A stretch of DNA of 64,000 nucleotides from Cyanophora paradoxa CCMP329 (taxonomy: Eukaryota > Plantae > Glaucophyta): assembly GCA_004431415.1 (NCBI GenBank), contig QPMI01000106.1, positions 1-64,000 on the forward strand, read 5' to 3'. The notes under the pieces were generated by a model, which ran no database searches, had not been told where the DNA came from, and saw only the letters and a list, made by a program, of their open reading frames with translations. Position 1 is the first letter of the stretch, and every line of letters starts with the position of its first letter. Positions 35,201 to 47,348 of this stretch are shown one piece after another. A program made the translations under genes and the position numbers.

Positions 35201-37258
35201 CACGGTCTTGGTGGTGGTCTCGCGGTCCTCGCGGGCGTGCACCTCGTACCGCCCGACCTGTACACGTCCGCCAAGACGGAAAAAGGTTACGAATTACGGA
35301 TTTGAAAGCCGCGATATGGCGATAGGCAAGTCGATCTTCACCTCGAGCCCTGCGCAAAAAATCGAAACAGTGTCATTTAAACGGAATGATGCGATGCTCG
35401 AGCTCCAGCTTACAATTATATGATGATATCTGTATAGCTTTAATTACTAGTTATAGCTGTAGAAGTCGTGCTCACCGGGCTTGGCGTACTGGCCGATGTC
35501 GAAGCCGCCCTCGAGGAACGTGTAGGGACCGACGCCGCTGATTGTGCCCGTCTGCGCAGGCGCGGCTCTGGCTCAGCGAGTGCTCCAGGTCGAGTTCGCA
35601 AGATCACCAAAATATTAGTCATAAACGGCCTCACCTCCGTCTTGGAGAACGTGCCCTTCTCCTCGACGGTGCGCTGGAAGTCCTTGTGTGTGGTCATGTC
35701 GTAGGTGAGCGTGTACGGGATCGTTTGAACGTCCTGCAATTGCAACGGCCGAGCGGGCGTTAAAAAGAGGAAAACGTTATCAGCGTTAAAGCTTTTAAGA
35801 GGCAGCATCGCAACCAACAGCTGGCGCTGGTCACCTTGGCGTGCGTCGTGCCTGTGAGTGCAGCGTGCGTCACTGCCTCCGGATCCAGGTTCTGCACGCT
35901 TGCATTGTCAATGAACCAATTAATAATCAAACCACTGCGCATGCGTCATCTTCGGTGCCGCCTACGCACCGTGTCGAGGGCGAGAGCGTTAAGGAGCAAG
36001 GTGTCGATCTGGGCCCTGACGGCGTCGTCGGTGATGCTCACGAGGTCGGTGATCGGCTTGGCCGACTGGACGGAGAGCGTGTAAAGATGCGCGTCGAAGC
36101 TGCGGTGGTTGTTTGAATTGAGCAGATGTTAACTTCAGACTATATCATAGTATATAAAATGGTGAACGTCGTTTTATTCATTCGAGCGCACCAGGGGCCC
36201 GTGCCGGAGCAGGCCTGCTGCGCGGCCGCGTACGTGATGACCTCGTTCTTCGTGTCCGTGATTGTCACACCCTCCTGGGTCCATTCGCCGGGGGCGCCCG
36301 GGGCCGGGAGCCGCTCGGGAGACGAGGGGACTTTCGTGGTCTGGCTCGAGGAAGTGCCGTTGAAGGACTCGGTCTTCTCGTCGCGGGTCCACGTGATCTC
36401 GTCCGCCGCCGGCGTGGGCGTGTGCGACGAAGCGCTAATTATACAAGCGCGGGCGCGTCCTCGATCAGCAACTCGAATTGCAAAATTCTATAGCTATTCT
36501 ACTTTATTAGGCAATTGCAATTCGCTAAGCTATAGCGTACCTGATTGGGACCTCCTTTCCATAGTAGATGTTGGTAGGCGTAACTTCCTGGCGGATCACG
36601 TATTTGCCTGCAACAGAAATATAAACGATCATGATCATGACGTTCTTCAGACAGCGGCCCTTCGAATTTAGAGCAAGGCGCAGGCCGCCGGGTGTGCGGA
36701 GTCACTGCGGACCAGTTTCAGTGTAGCTGTCAGTCGCGTCGAACGTTTTCGTCTCCTTGTACGGGTCCGTGTACCTGGGCAATTTGCATTAAGAATATTA
36801 ATATTTATACATATATAGTCTCAGGACTCGAACGCACTTGTAGCCCTGGGTCTTGGTGCCGTTCATCGAGTAGGGGCCGGTGCCGTTGTACACAGCGCTG
36901 TCGACGCGGATCTTGCCAACCTCTGTGAACGGCAGCTCGTACGAGCCCTGCTGCGCAGTCAGTCTAGATCTCCCTTCATGGGCCGCGGCCGAGGCCCGGC
37001 CGCGGGGCGACGCACGGCTTCGATGTTGACGCCGGGCGACGCGTTGAGCTCATGGCAGGGCTCGGGACCGGCGGTGGACGTCGACGGATCCACCGGCCCC
37101 GGCACCAACCAGAAGTTCGGGTCCTCGAGATCTTGAATCCACCCATTCGCAGCGGTCTTCTCCGGAAGCTCGCTATCCGGCCGGATCTGCCACCCGCCCG
37201 CGCCGCCGTTGAGCTCCGTGCTCCACACATAGAAGCCCGTCTTGTCGTAGATCGCCAT
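32276..37258 (-). CDS. Large multi-exon Thr-rich, beta-strand-rich protein of unknown function with acidic C-terminal tail
   Basis: About 20 exons splice in phase: MAIYDKTGFYVW...GTKTQGYKYTDPYKETKTFDATDSYTETGKYVIRQEV...PYTLTYDMTTHKDFQRTVEEKGTFSKTETGTISGVGPY...TIDPTQYWIQVPNQ...AAKLGQCDADQPYNHVITD...EALEALALEADEAALAVEAAASA-stop. Introns are AT-rich with canonical ends. Confidence 0.75.
33080..33265 (+). mobile_element. tRNA-derived SINE with poly(A) tail and 15-bp TSD
   Basis: TSD attcttattacaaat at 33065-33079 and 33266-33280; Pol III A-box tagcgcagtggta (~33090); B-box-like gggttcggttcc (~33141); A-tail from 33254. Lies antisense in an intron of the 32.3-37.3 kb gene. Confidence 0.88.
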
Positions 37259-39191
37259 GGCTCACGTAAAGAAAGGCCTGAGAGAGCGCACAGGGCTCAG
37301 CGGCTGGATTCCGCAGCCGCCGGCAAATCAAGCTTTATGTAATTATTAATATAACATGTGCATGCGCATCTAAACGAATGCGAGGCGCGCCGCCGGGCCG
37401 CGCGGGTGGCGGCGCTGAATGTAATCATGATCATGATCTATGGGGTCGACGTCTATGGCTAAAGCTAGAAGGCACGCATGCGCATATTTATATGCATGCG
37501 CATGCGCACCCGATTGCACGCTAAGAGGCCCGAAATCGGCCGCGCGCCCGGCCTACCAGGCCCCGAGGATAATAATCTATGAGGCTGGCGAGCGCCGCGC
37601 GCTGCGCCGGCGAGCTCGAGGCCGACTGGCTGCGGTTTCGCGCACCTACGCCTTAGGCTTCAAGTTCCGATATTAAAGTGAGGAGGTCCTCGGGCCCTGC
37701 GCCTTTAAATTTGCGCTGTTGCGGCTTGCCGAGTACCGTTTACGTATACGTAAGAACGTAGTACGTATACGTAGCAGCTCGTGCAGTGTCGAGGTCGTGC
37801 CGCAGTGCACCGCCGATGAAGCGAGCTCACAGCTAGCAGCAGAGTCACACGCTCACAGCAGCGCGCGCTACCGTAGTACCGGTATACGCAGCCGCTGACT
37901 CTCAGTGAGCAGATGTGCCAACACTGCCAAGTTGACGGCGCAACTAAAGCTTGACGCGTGCATGCCTCCAGGCTCCAGCTTGGCTCCAAGTAGCTCCGGA
38001 GGCTCCAAGGATCCTCCGAATCCCCCGAGCGGTTCGAATTCGAATTCGTATACAACGTGACGTATACGTACTCGCGATCGGAGTACTGTACAGTCTGTAC
38101 AGTACTAGTACTCGCGAGTCGCGACTCAGAGTCGCGAGTCGCGACGTCGACTCGCGAGTCGCGATTCGAATCTGCGAGTCGCGATCAATTGATCGATTTT
38201 GATGAACTTCGATCGGCGGCGGCTTTAATTTTCGTCCGAATTGAAGTTCGATCGGCACGGCGAATTCGCGAGTCTGATCGGCTTTTTTTCTCATAAGCTT
38301 CATGCAGTTGCTGAGAAATTTACCTGTACCCAGGCTGTACGTATACGTAGCTAGTCTCGAAATCGAATGAATTAATTCTCTATATATAAGCATTTTCCAA
38401 TTATTATTTTAATTCACCAATTTAAACAAAGATTTTTTAAAAAAACTACCGATCGGCGGTAGCGCTTGCTCGGCTAGCGCTGGCGCTACTTGGTACTAAG
38501 TTAACGTTGGTAGCCTTATCGCTGTTTAATTTTTTGGTGAACCGTCGGAACGGCCGCAGACTGGCCCGCAGTACTAGTACTAGTCTGCGCCGACTCTGCG
38601 GCCCCCAGACTGCGGCCCAGTCTGCGGGTGCCGCCTGGCTGCGGCCCTGCGGCCCCCAGGCTGCGGCCCTGCGGGTGCCGATGATGCGGGCCGATGATGC
38701 GGCAGTGCACTGCGGCACTGCCGCAGTGCGGCAGCCACTGCAGCGGCACGTGCATGAACCGTAGTACAGCCTAGACAGTGCGAGTAGTAACAGACTACTA
38801 ACAGTACAGACTCTACTACAGACTTACTAAGTTAGTACCGTATAGTACAGAGACAACGTCAAGTTGACGTCGTCAACTCGATCTGCGAAGCGCTAGCCAG
38901 GCTAGCCTTATTCCGAATTTCCGATCATAATGGAGCGTCGGAGCTCGCGCTCGCCGATCGCGACGCAGCCTCGCGATATAGAGCGGCGAACGAAGTTTAC
39001 AGATTCGGGTACAAGCAGCACCCCGAGCGCGGCCGCTTTATAGATGCATGCGCACTCGGGTACACACTCTCCCAGGATAAGGGGGGTTTTCGCGATCGGG
39101 CACTCGTCGTCGTCAGGGCCGCGCACCCCGCGCGCTTCCGAAGGGGGGTCCACGCGCAAGTGTGCTCAGTGTGACTGACTCTCGCCCGCCC

Positions 39192-41000
39192 TCACCGCCC
39201 GGGCCCGCCCTGCTGTGCCATGCGCCGCAGCAGGTCCGCCCCCGCGCTCTGCCCCTGCGCCGGCTGCTGCTGCTGCTGCTGCGGGGGCTGCTGCGCCTGC
39301 TGCTGCGGATGCTGCGGCGGGGCGCCCCACGGCTGGGCGCCGCCGGCGGGGCCGGAGGCGCCCCGCAGCGCCGCAGCCAGCGCGTCGGCCGGCGACAGCG
39401 CCGCGGCGGCGCTGGCGCCCCCGCGGCGCCGAGGAAGGCGGCGAGCTGCGAGGGCGGCTGCGGCTGCTGCTGCGCCCTTGTCAGCCGCGCCAGCAGCTCG
39501 CTCGCCGGGTTGCTCGGGGCGGCCGCCGCAGGGGGCGCCGCGGGCGGCGCGGGGCCGCCGCCGGGCCCGGGCCCCCGCGAGGCCGAGGAGGGTGCGGAGG
39601 AGGGCCGACGCGTCCCCGCCCGGCGCCGCGGGCGGCGCGGGGGCCGGCGCCGGGGCCGGCGGCTGCGCGGGGGCGAGAGCGGCGAGGAGAGAGGCGGCGG
39701 CGCCGCCGGCGGGGGCGCCCGAGGGGAGCCATGCGGCGCCGTACGGGGCCGGGGCGGGGGCCGCCCCGAGGCCGCCGCCGCCGGCGAGGGCCCGCGCCAC
39801 AGCGTCCACCACCGACCCGCCGCCCGCCCCGGCTGGCCATGGTACGCCCGAAGGCGGCGGCCCCATGCCCACGCCGGGGCCGGGGGGGGGGGGGGGGGGG
39901 GGGGGTACGCGCGGACCCGGCGCCGAGCCCGGGCGGCCAGGGCCCGGGCCCCCGAAGAATACGAGGGGCTCGGGCCCGGGCCCTCCCACGGCGCCCCGCC
40001 CTGCCGCCCTTGCAATTGCTCCCGCCCCCGCTCCCGCTCCCGGTCGTGCTCCCAGCCTGCGGAGCCGCCGATAAGAAAAGGGTAAGCCGGGCGGACCGGG
40101 TCCGTGCACCTCTCTCTCGCCCGCGGTCTTCGCGGCGTGGGCTGCGGCTGCGGCTGCGGCTGCGGCTGCGGCTGCGCTGGCGCGGGGGCTCTTGCCGCCC
40201 TTGTGCGGCGCGGCGGGCTGCGCTGCCTCCGCGGCGGGCTGCGCTGCCGGCGGGGCGGGCTCCGCGGGGGCTCGGGCGGGCCCCCGCCGGGAGCCGAGCC
40301 CTCGTTGACGCCCTTCGACCACTGCGCCACGTACCGCGCCCGGTCCTCTGCGAAAAAAAAGGTCGTTTGCGTCGGGGGAGGGGAGAGGGCGAGGGGGGTA
40401 CCGGAGGTCAAAATCTCGTGGGAGAAGTTGCAGCGCTGTCCCTTGCTGCAGGTACCCGTCCAGTGGTAGTACATGCACGCCGGCCGCTCGATCTGCGCCG
40501 GCGTTACTCAGCCGCGGGGACGCAGGGCCGGGGCGGAACGGTGAAGTTTCGTGTAGTGAAATGAAGTTTCGCGCCTCGTGGACGAAATCGCAGAAGGGGC
40601 CCTTGCTGCAGCCGCGGTCCGAGGAGTAGAAGCGGCACACGTCGCGCCGCGCCGGCACCGGCCGCTCGTGCGCTTCGGAGCAAGCCTCGCCCTGGCAGGC
40701 GGCTCAAGGGGACGCGGGGCGGGGCGAGGGCGGCGCGCGCGCGGACCATGCGGCACCCGTTGCCGGCCAGGAACGAGCGGCAGACGGCGCGGGCGCCCTC
40801 GGGAGCCCCGCGGGGCCGCTTCTCGTCTGCTCGGCGGAGCGGAGTCGGCCGCGAGGTTGGAGCGGGGGCGGGGGCGGGGCGGAGGCGGGGCGGAGCGCGT
40901 ACCCCCGTGGTCGTCCGGCGACTTGCGCTTCCGATTTGACTCGGACTCATGATCAGACTGACTCTGACTCGGACTCAGAGCGGGGAGAGGGACGGACGGA
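39192..41000 (-). CDS. CCCH-type zinc finger protein (about three fingers) with Pro/Ala/Gln-rich C-terminus
   Basis: 'VCRSFLAGNGCRM', 'VCRFYSSDRGCSKGPFCDFVHE' and 'CMYYHWTGTCSKGQRCNFSHE'; ends LLRRMAQQGGPGR-stop at 39192. The 5' end is uncertain. Confidence 0.8.
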
Positions 41001-41389
41001 CCGTCCTTGGGGACCGCGCCGGGGGGGGGGGGGGGGGGGGGAGGGAGGGAGGGGGAGGGGTGGGAGCGGGGAGAGGGGGGGGGAGGGGGGGGGGAGGGGG
41101 GGGGGGGGGGCGGCCCTCGTCGCCCGGGCGTGCACGCTTCGAGGCCGGCCCCTCCTCCCCGTCTGACCGCGCCCCGACTCAGAGCGAGCTGGGTCGGGCG
41201 GAGGCGGCGAGGGGAGCACCGGGCCGGGGCTCGAGACTGCGCCGGTATGTCAAAATGGCTGCGGCTACAGCGCCGCCGCGGCGCTCCCTGCAGCTGGCCC
41301 CCGCCGCCCGGCCGCCATCCGACTTGCCTGCGCCCGCCACTTGTTCATCGCGGGGGTACATGGGATGGGGGTGGGTGGAAGTGGGAGGG

Positions 41390-41783
41390 CGAAGGTCAGC
41401 AGCGCGTTCGCCTGCGCCCGCCCCTCTCATGATCAGCCGGGGTGCAGGGATGCATATCATAGTATGCATATATGATTGGGATGGGGGGTGGGGTGGGGGA
41501 GGAAGTGCGGGTCTTGCTCATCACCGCGTATATACGTAGCGCGCATTCTGAATGACCTTCGGGGGGCACGCGTTCGGAGAGGGGGTACGGCTCGGGAGGG
41601 GGTACGCGGCACCTCGGCTGAGACCTCTGACATGCGCGGCCACCACTCGTCTGCAGGAGGAAAGGTTCGGGCGGGTGTACGCAATTCGCGTGACGGGCCG
41701 GGGGTACCGTGGTCGAAGCGCAGGAAGCTTAAGTGGCCCAGCGCCTGTAGGGCCCCGTACTGCGGAGGGCGTCGGGGGCCCCC

Positions 41784-41800
<17 letters not shown>
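41390..41800 (-). pseudogene. Decayed duplicate fragment of the helical-repeat gene at 51.5-53.3 kb
   Basis: Exons YGALQALGHL / DEWWPRMSEVSAE / VIQNARY and their introns are near-identical to 51630-51970. Confidence 0.75.
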
Positions 41801-41821
<21 letters not shown>

Positions 41822-43474
41822 GGCGGGGGGCCGGGGAAGGGCACCGAACTCGGCGTAAGGTTCAAACGGGGTACCCGGTGCTGCTGAAGTCGAAGCCCAT
41901 GAAGACGGTAGGCCGGTGGCGTTGAAAGCCGGGCCCCGCGGCCGAGGCGAGGCTGCGGTTCTCGCCAGCATGGAGAGCCGCCATGAACTTAAGCTTGTTG
42001 CCCGAGAGGTTGCAATTGGTGTCGGCAGTGTCGTCCGGGGCCGCAGCGGCGCGGGTCCGGAGCACGACGCGGACGATATCGATGGCGCCGGCGCTCTGCC
42101 CGAGGGCGACGCCGCCCAGCTCCGAGCTCGAGGCTCGCCCCAGGCCGCGTCAACGTTGATGGAGTCTCGATCGACGAGGCTCGCGAAGCGGACGTTGTCT
42201 GCGCAAAGCCACAAAATAAATTAAACGTGTGAGCTTATGACCAAACCTTTGGCGCGCGAAATGGAATGTGTACGCCAGCACTCGCGATCACGCACCTTGG
42301 TTACATAAGCTCTTAAGGTGCTCGCGATCGCGCACCTTAATTATATCAGCTCTTGAGGTGCTTTCGCGCGCGCCTAATTATAAGGTGCTCTTCATAAGCT
42401 CCGGACGCGATCGAGGTGTGAACGCGTCCGGGCGCTCTTCGAAATCCCACAGCGGCGGCAATATCAATGCACGCGCAGAAGTCGGACCTGTCGACGCCGA
42501 ACGCGCAGTTCAGGTACCCATACATGTCGGCTGCGGACCGGCGGCGCGGGCACCGATCGCGATCACGAACGCGGCCGCGCGCGGGACGTCAAAGACGCTT
42601 TCGCTAATTATGATTAGAAGGGAAAAGGTATGTGGTGTGACGCGCAGGGAGAGCGCTAGCGGCGGGGCGGAGGCCTAGGGGCCGGAGTCGGAGGTCCCGG
42701 CCACTCGAGCTCTCGCCACGAGCATCCCCTATATATAGCTATATATGGCCAGCCTGGAAGCCGGAATCCAAGCCGGAGCCGGAGCCGACCTGGGGAAGGC
42801 GCCGGCCCGGCCGGACGCTCGCCGCGCGGGCCGGGCCGACGCCCCCGGGGGCCCGGTCCCTTCCCGCCGACGCCCGCTTGCGATCGCCCTCACTGACTTC
42901 GCGTGGCCCCAGATCTTTGCCTGCCTAGAGGCCTAGGCCTGCGGCGTGGCAAGCGCCGCGGCGGGACGCCAGCGCGCAGCAGTATGTGTACTAAATAAAC
43001 ATGCATATGCTCGTGTGAGATTGCTTTCCCGCAATATATTGCGTGTGTTGTTTCTTTGCATGTGGTCACAGGTTTAATTTGCGGGCGCGGGCGGGCGCGG
43101 GCGGGCAGGCAGCTTCGGCCGCGGGCGATCATCATCGGATCGGTCTATAGTCGGGGCGACGTAATCGACGACATCGTAATCTTTTAGCCTGCTTTTTCGT
43201 CCGACCTAATCTTTTAGCCCGGTAATTATCATAGCTCCAAAGCAATCATTTTTAAACCCGGTTTTACCCCTAGGGGCAGCTGACATACTTTTAGCCCGGT
43301 TTTAGGTCAGTTGCTACCCCCCTCTTATAAAATTACTAGTGCTTGCCCCGAGATATGCCTTTCAGCATGCACAAAAGAGCAAGCACAAAAGAGCAAGATG
43401 CCTTTGAATTCGTTATGAGGAGAACCGACGATACATTGATAAGAACCCTCTCAACGTTCCGCGTGCCTTCGAAT

Positions 43475-44094
43475 TCAAGCGGACACCTCAGCGTCGACTG
43501 CGGGGCTCTGGGCCTCGAGCATCTGTCGGACATTCGATACCATAACTTTTGCACAACAGACAGAGGCACGGAAGCGCACCTGAGCCTCGGCCTCCATCTC
43601 AGCCTCGAGCTCGGCGGCGTCCAAGTCCATGTCCATTTCAGCCTTGATGTCGGCGCAGAAGCACGTGCGCGGCGGTTAGAAAGTAATTGTATAACAAGAG
43701 ATTCGACGATTGCGCTCGAGCTCGCACCTGCAGCTGAATCTCTTCGTCCTGCTGCCTAACTGTCGACGTCGGGGCAGGTGTCGTGAGTGGAATATTAATC
43801 GGTTCAGCGCTTCATTGAAATTAAACGTTTGCGCACGACCCCAGCACTTGTTTCCCGACCAACGCCAAGACGTGGCTCCAACCCGCTTGCAGTGGGCTTC
43901 ACCGTGATTGATGGTGTCGGCCCAGCCATCCGCAATTCTACCACGGCAGCCACCGCCACCAGTTACACCGGACGACATGCATTCGTAGTCTGCGCATGTG
44001 CGCGTCGACGCGCAAAATTAGCCGCGCAAGAAAGCAGACCAATGTTAACGCAGGCAGAACACGCACATCTCTGTCCGCTAAACCAGCCGCCCAT
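43475..44094 (-). CDS. Small (~105 aa) orphan protein: MGxxxS N-terminus, 4-Cys/Trp-rich domain, acidic tail
   Basis: Five exons splice to MGGWFSGQRYYECMSSGVTGGGGCRGRIADGWADTINHGEAHCKRVGATSWRWSGNKCWVRQQDEEIQLQAEMDMDLDAAELEAEMEAEAQMLEAQSPAVDAEVSA-stop, using GT-AG introns. Confidence 0.6.
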
Positions 44095-45102
44095 GATTAC
44101 GAAGCTCGATGCAGGAGTCTGAATAGCGCGCGTGTGTCAGAGGACTTACATGCGGCGAACTTGAAGCGAACTTGACTATCCGCTGATAGCGGTTTCCTCA
44201 AATCCTTCCGCGCACCTTCGGACTCGCGGCGCGTGGGTTCTCGGCCGCGAGAAGTCGCCGAGAACAAGGCGTAGGAACGGCGCTGGTCGTTTTATAGAGC
44301 GCTAGAGAAGTTTTTTTTGCACTCATAGACTCCGAGGCTCTTAGGAACGCTTTTGGGAATTTTTTTGGGAAGACCAGTCATCATCAAGCTTCATCAGGAA
44401 TATTTATAGATATACAAACCAGGTATCTCGACGATCCGACCAGCCCAATCACAGACGAAACCTTCTACTTCTACGTACACGTTTGAAGGGTGACGTTTCT
44501 CGAGCTCAGACGCCCCGATCGCCGAGTCGAATCCGACGTCGACGGTCCCAGCGTCCGGACTCTGGAGTCCGGAGTCCGGACCCAGACAACGTTAACCGTG
44601 GCAACTTGCGAAGTTGCTCATGACTCATGAGTCATGCATGAGTCATGAGTCTCATGACTCATGAGAAGGGGTTCCGAGTCAACGGTCACCGGGTTGCACA
44701 ACGTTAACTTCAACTAATAACAACTAATAACTAACTTGGATGTCGGTGCGATTCGACAGAGGGGGGGTAAGGGTCATCACTGGCAGATTTTACGGCTAAA
44801 TAACGGCATATAATTATATTCGAAGGCTTCTGGTGATACAGAAAGTTATTCTAAGCATGTCTGAACACATTCCCCACCTAAGGAGAAGCGTGGGTTCTAA
44901 CTTCTAGGTGAGCGACGGGCCGCCGACGGCAGGGAGGGGGCGAGAAAAGCATTATAAAATATTTTTAAAATGCATTATTTTAATCATTATTTCCGACGTG
45001 TCGGTCGCCCTCGCCGACATATCGTACCGACATGTCGACGTCGAATGTCGAACCGAATGTCGACGCTTCGACATGTCGGTACGGTAACCCTACTCGGAGC
45101 TA

Positions 45103-45201
45103 GGCTTCGAAGAGCCGAAGCTAGCCGGCGGCGCCCGCGGCCGGCCGGCGCCGGCCCGGCGGGCGGCGGGCGCCGCCGGCTAGCTTCGGCTCTTCGGAGC
45201 C
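45103..45201. repeat. 36-bp-stem inverted repeat (hairpin)
   Basis: ggcttcgaagagccgaagctagccggcggcgcccgc ... gcgggcgccgccggctagcttcggctcttcggagcc with one mismatch. Part of the left arm recurs near 47907. Confidence 0.85.
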
Positions 45202-45236
45202 GGCGCCGGGCGGCGGCGGCGGCGGCGGCGCTGCTA

Positions 45237-45497
45237 CCGTGTAACAGGAAAATATACCAGATCGGAAATTAGTGGATCGTAAAACTTGGCCCTCCCAAAG
45301 GCAAATATTGGAGCCCGAAATTAGTGGATCAAAATCTGTTCAGGCTTGTATGGGACGGTAATTTCGGGGGGTACTGTACGGAGCAGCTTAGCAGCAGAAA
45401 AATGCTGGAGCCGGAAATTAGTGGACTGAGTAAAGATTTCGGTCCACTAATTTCCGGCTCCACTAATTTTCAGCGTCCAGTATTTTCCTGTTACATG
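45237..45497. mobile_element. MITE, probably Tc1/mariner-pogo type (TA-flanked)
   Basis: TA|ccgTGTAACAGGAAAATA ... TATTTTCCTGTTACAtg|TA; internal gaaattagtgga x3 and inverted tccactaattt x2. Confidence 0.65.
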
Positions 45498-45904
45498 TAC
45501 AGGCCTGCCAGGCGGCCCCACTGGCAGGCTGTGGCAGCTGCAGCCACCGGTAGGGGTGAGTATCGAATCGATTCGCCGCGGAGTCGAATGTAGGGTCGGG
45601 TTCGCCGAGTCGATCGATTCGGTTCGATCGGTCTGCGCGTACTACGGTCACCGGCCCACACCGGGTATTCGATCTAGAGGCGCGCGCTCGCAGCCTAGTC
45701 GCAGACTCGCAGGGGGTGGAGCTCGAGCGAGCCTCGGAGCCGAGTCGGAGGTGCCACGGTGGCGGGGATAGATTCCGATAGAACTTCGGAAAAAAGCGGC
45801 GGGCGAATCCGGGGCGACTCGGCCAGTGAGGCGCGGGCGAGAATTCGAATAGAAAGGTTCAGCCTGGCAGGATGGCTGCAGGCTGCCTGCCGCCTGCATG
45901 CCGC

Positions 45905-46411
45905 CAGTGTTCGGTAAAGTTTACTCCCCCAAAATTGCCCTGAAAACTTTTTGCAAGCTTTGGAAAAGGTTGTGCAAATATTTGCACCATAGAAAACATT
46001 CCAAGCACCGCAAAAACACTGTATTCCTTGGCAAATAAGCGTCTAAACGAGAGATATAAGCTTTATAATGATACCTGTGAGTTTAGATTCAAAGTTTGCA
46101 CGCGTTTAGTCTTGTTTTGGCCTTCTTTTCAGGGTCGCCGAGAGGGGGGTACCCATCTGAAGGAGGCGACCTTCGCCCTCCTGACACCCTTGTAACTCTA
46201 TCAACTCTAGAATCATGTCAGAACCGAAGGGAATGCCGCAAGTAGCCGGTAGATCTTGCTCGTAACAGGCGGTAGGGTGGGGTGGGGAGGGGGGTCAAGT
46301 GCAAATTAACTGAAAGTTTTCTAGGGTTGTAGGAGGGGGTGAAAATTAACTGAAAGTTTTCAAGTAAACTTTCAAGAGAAAGTTTACCCAGCGCAAACTT
46401 TCGGAACACTG
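45905..46411. mobile_element. hAT-type MITE
   Basis: TIR CAGTGTTC(G)..AAAGTTT / AAACTTTCGGAACACTG; perfect 8-bp TSD catgccgc (45897-45904 and 46412-46419). Confidence 0.88.
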
Positions 46412-46545
46412 CATGCCGCAGTGCGCAGCTGGGCCGAAATATCGCGTCGCTAAGGGGTTTCACACGTGTATCCCCGTAACATTCGGGTGACCGGGTTCGA
46501 TTGGTTCGAAACTCGGTCGGGTTCGATCGAATGGGTTCGATACTA

Positions 46546-46828
46546 CCGTCGGGCACTAAATTACCGCGGCATAAATTACCGCGTTTAAAATCCGGCCCGC
46601 CATATATAAAGCTATAGAGCAAAATACCGCGGTGCCAAATTACCGCGTTCATTTGAGGCTTGTATGGGGCGGTAATGATGTGGGGGTACTGCATGTATGA
46701 AACGACCTCTCAGCAGGTAATTACCGGCGATTTACCGCGGTACCAAATTACCGCGTTTTAACAAACTTTTGGCGCGGTAATTTGGTACCGCGGTAATTAA
46801 GTGGGCGCGGTATTTATATGTTCTACGG
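46546..46828. mobile_element. MITE-like element with (AA)ATTACCGCG subterminal repeats in both orientations
   Basis: About 10 copies of attaccgcg/cgcggtaat; imperfect ccgt..../....acgg ends; core shared with the 45237-45497 element. Confidence 0.55.
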
Positions 46829-46949
46829 GCTGCAGCCGGGCCGCCCCGGGCGTGCTGTAGTGCGGCGCCGGCAGCAGCTCAGCCCCCGAATCGGAGGGTC
46901 CCGATCGCGAAGGCCCCCCATGGGCCATGTCAGTGATGTCACACAGGGC

Positions 46950-47348
46950 TAGGGTTGGCAGCTTGAAATTTCAAGCCATTGAAATTGCATTGAAATTGAA
47001 ATTTCAATTTTACTTTCAATGCCGCCCGTTGAAATTGCATTGAAATAGAATATAAAAATAATAAAATATATATTGATTTTGTCCGTTTCCCCACCCTTCG
47101 CTTCCCCTTCCCAGCCCCCCCGGCCTTCCCAGGAGCCCTCCCAGCCCGTTCAGAGACTCGAAGACTGTGATAGAGCTTAGAGTGAAGTCGATTTTGAGTG
47201 AAAGAGACTCTCAGCAATGCGTAGGGTCTCTATAAGAGCTGCGCTGCGGGTTGAAATTTCAATTGAATTTTCAAAGCTTTCAAAGCTTCAGGGTCGACTT
47301 TCAGTTTCAACGCCAAAATTTTGAATTTCATGAAATTCACCAACTCTA
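46950..47348. mobile_element. hAT-type MITE
   Basis: TIR TAGGGTTGG / CCAACTCTA; TTGAAA/TTTCAA subterminal repeats; perfect 8-bp TSD cacagggc (46942-46949 and 47349-47356). Confidence 0.88.

Noticed and set aside
32050-39150. Endogenous virus or Polinton-like insertion
   Set aside because: No TIRs/TSD or viral hallmark genes. The region is one conventional multi-intron gene plus intergenic DNA.
41020-41110. Poly-G/C tracts as specific G-quadruplex elements (also 41785-41830 and 54197-54270)
   Set aside because: Such C-rich tracts are ubiquitous in introns here and their lengths are unreliable; no specific function can be supported.
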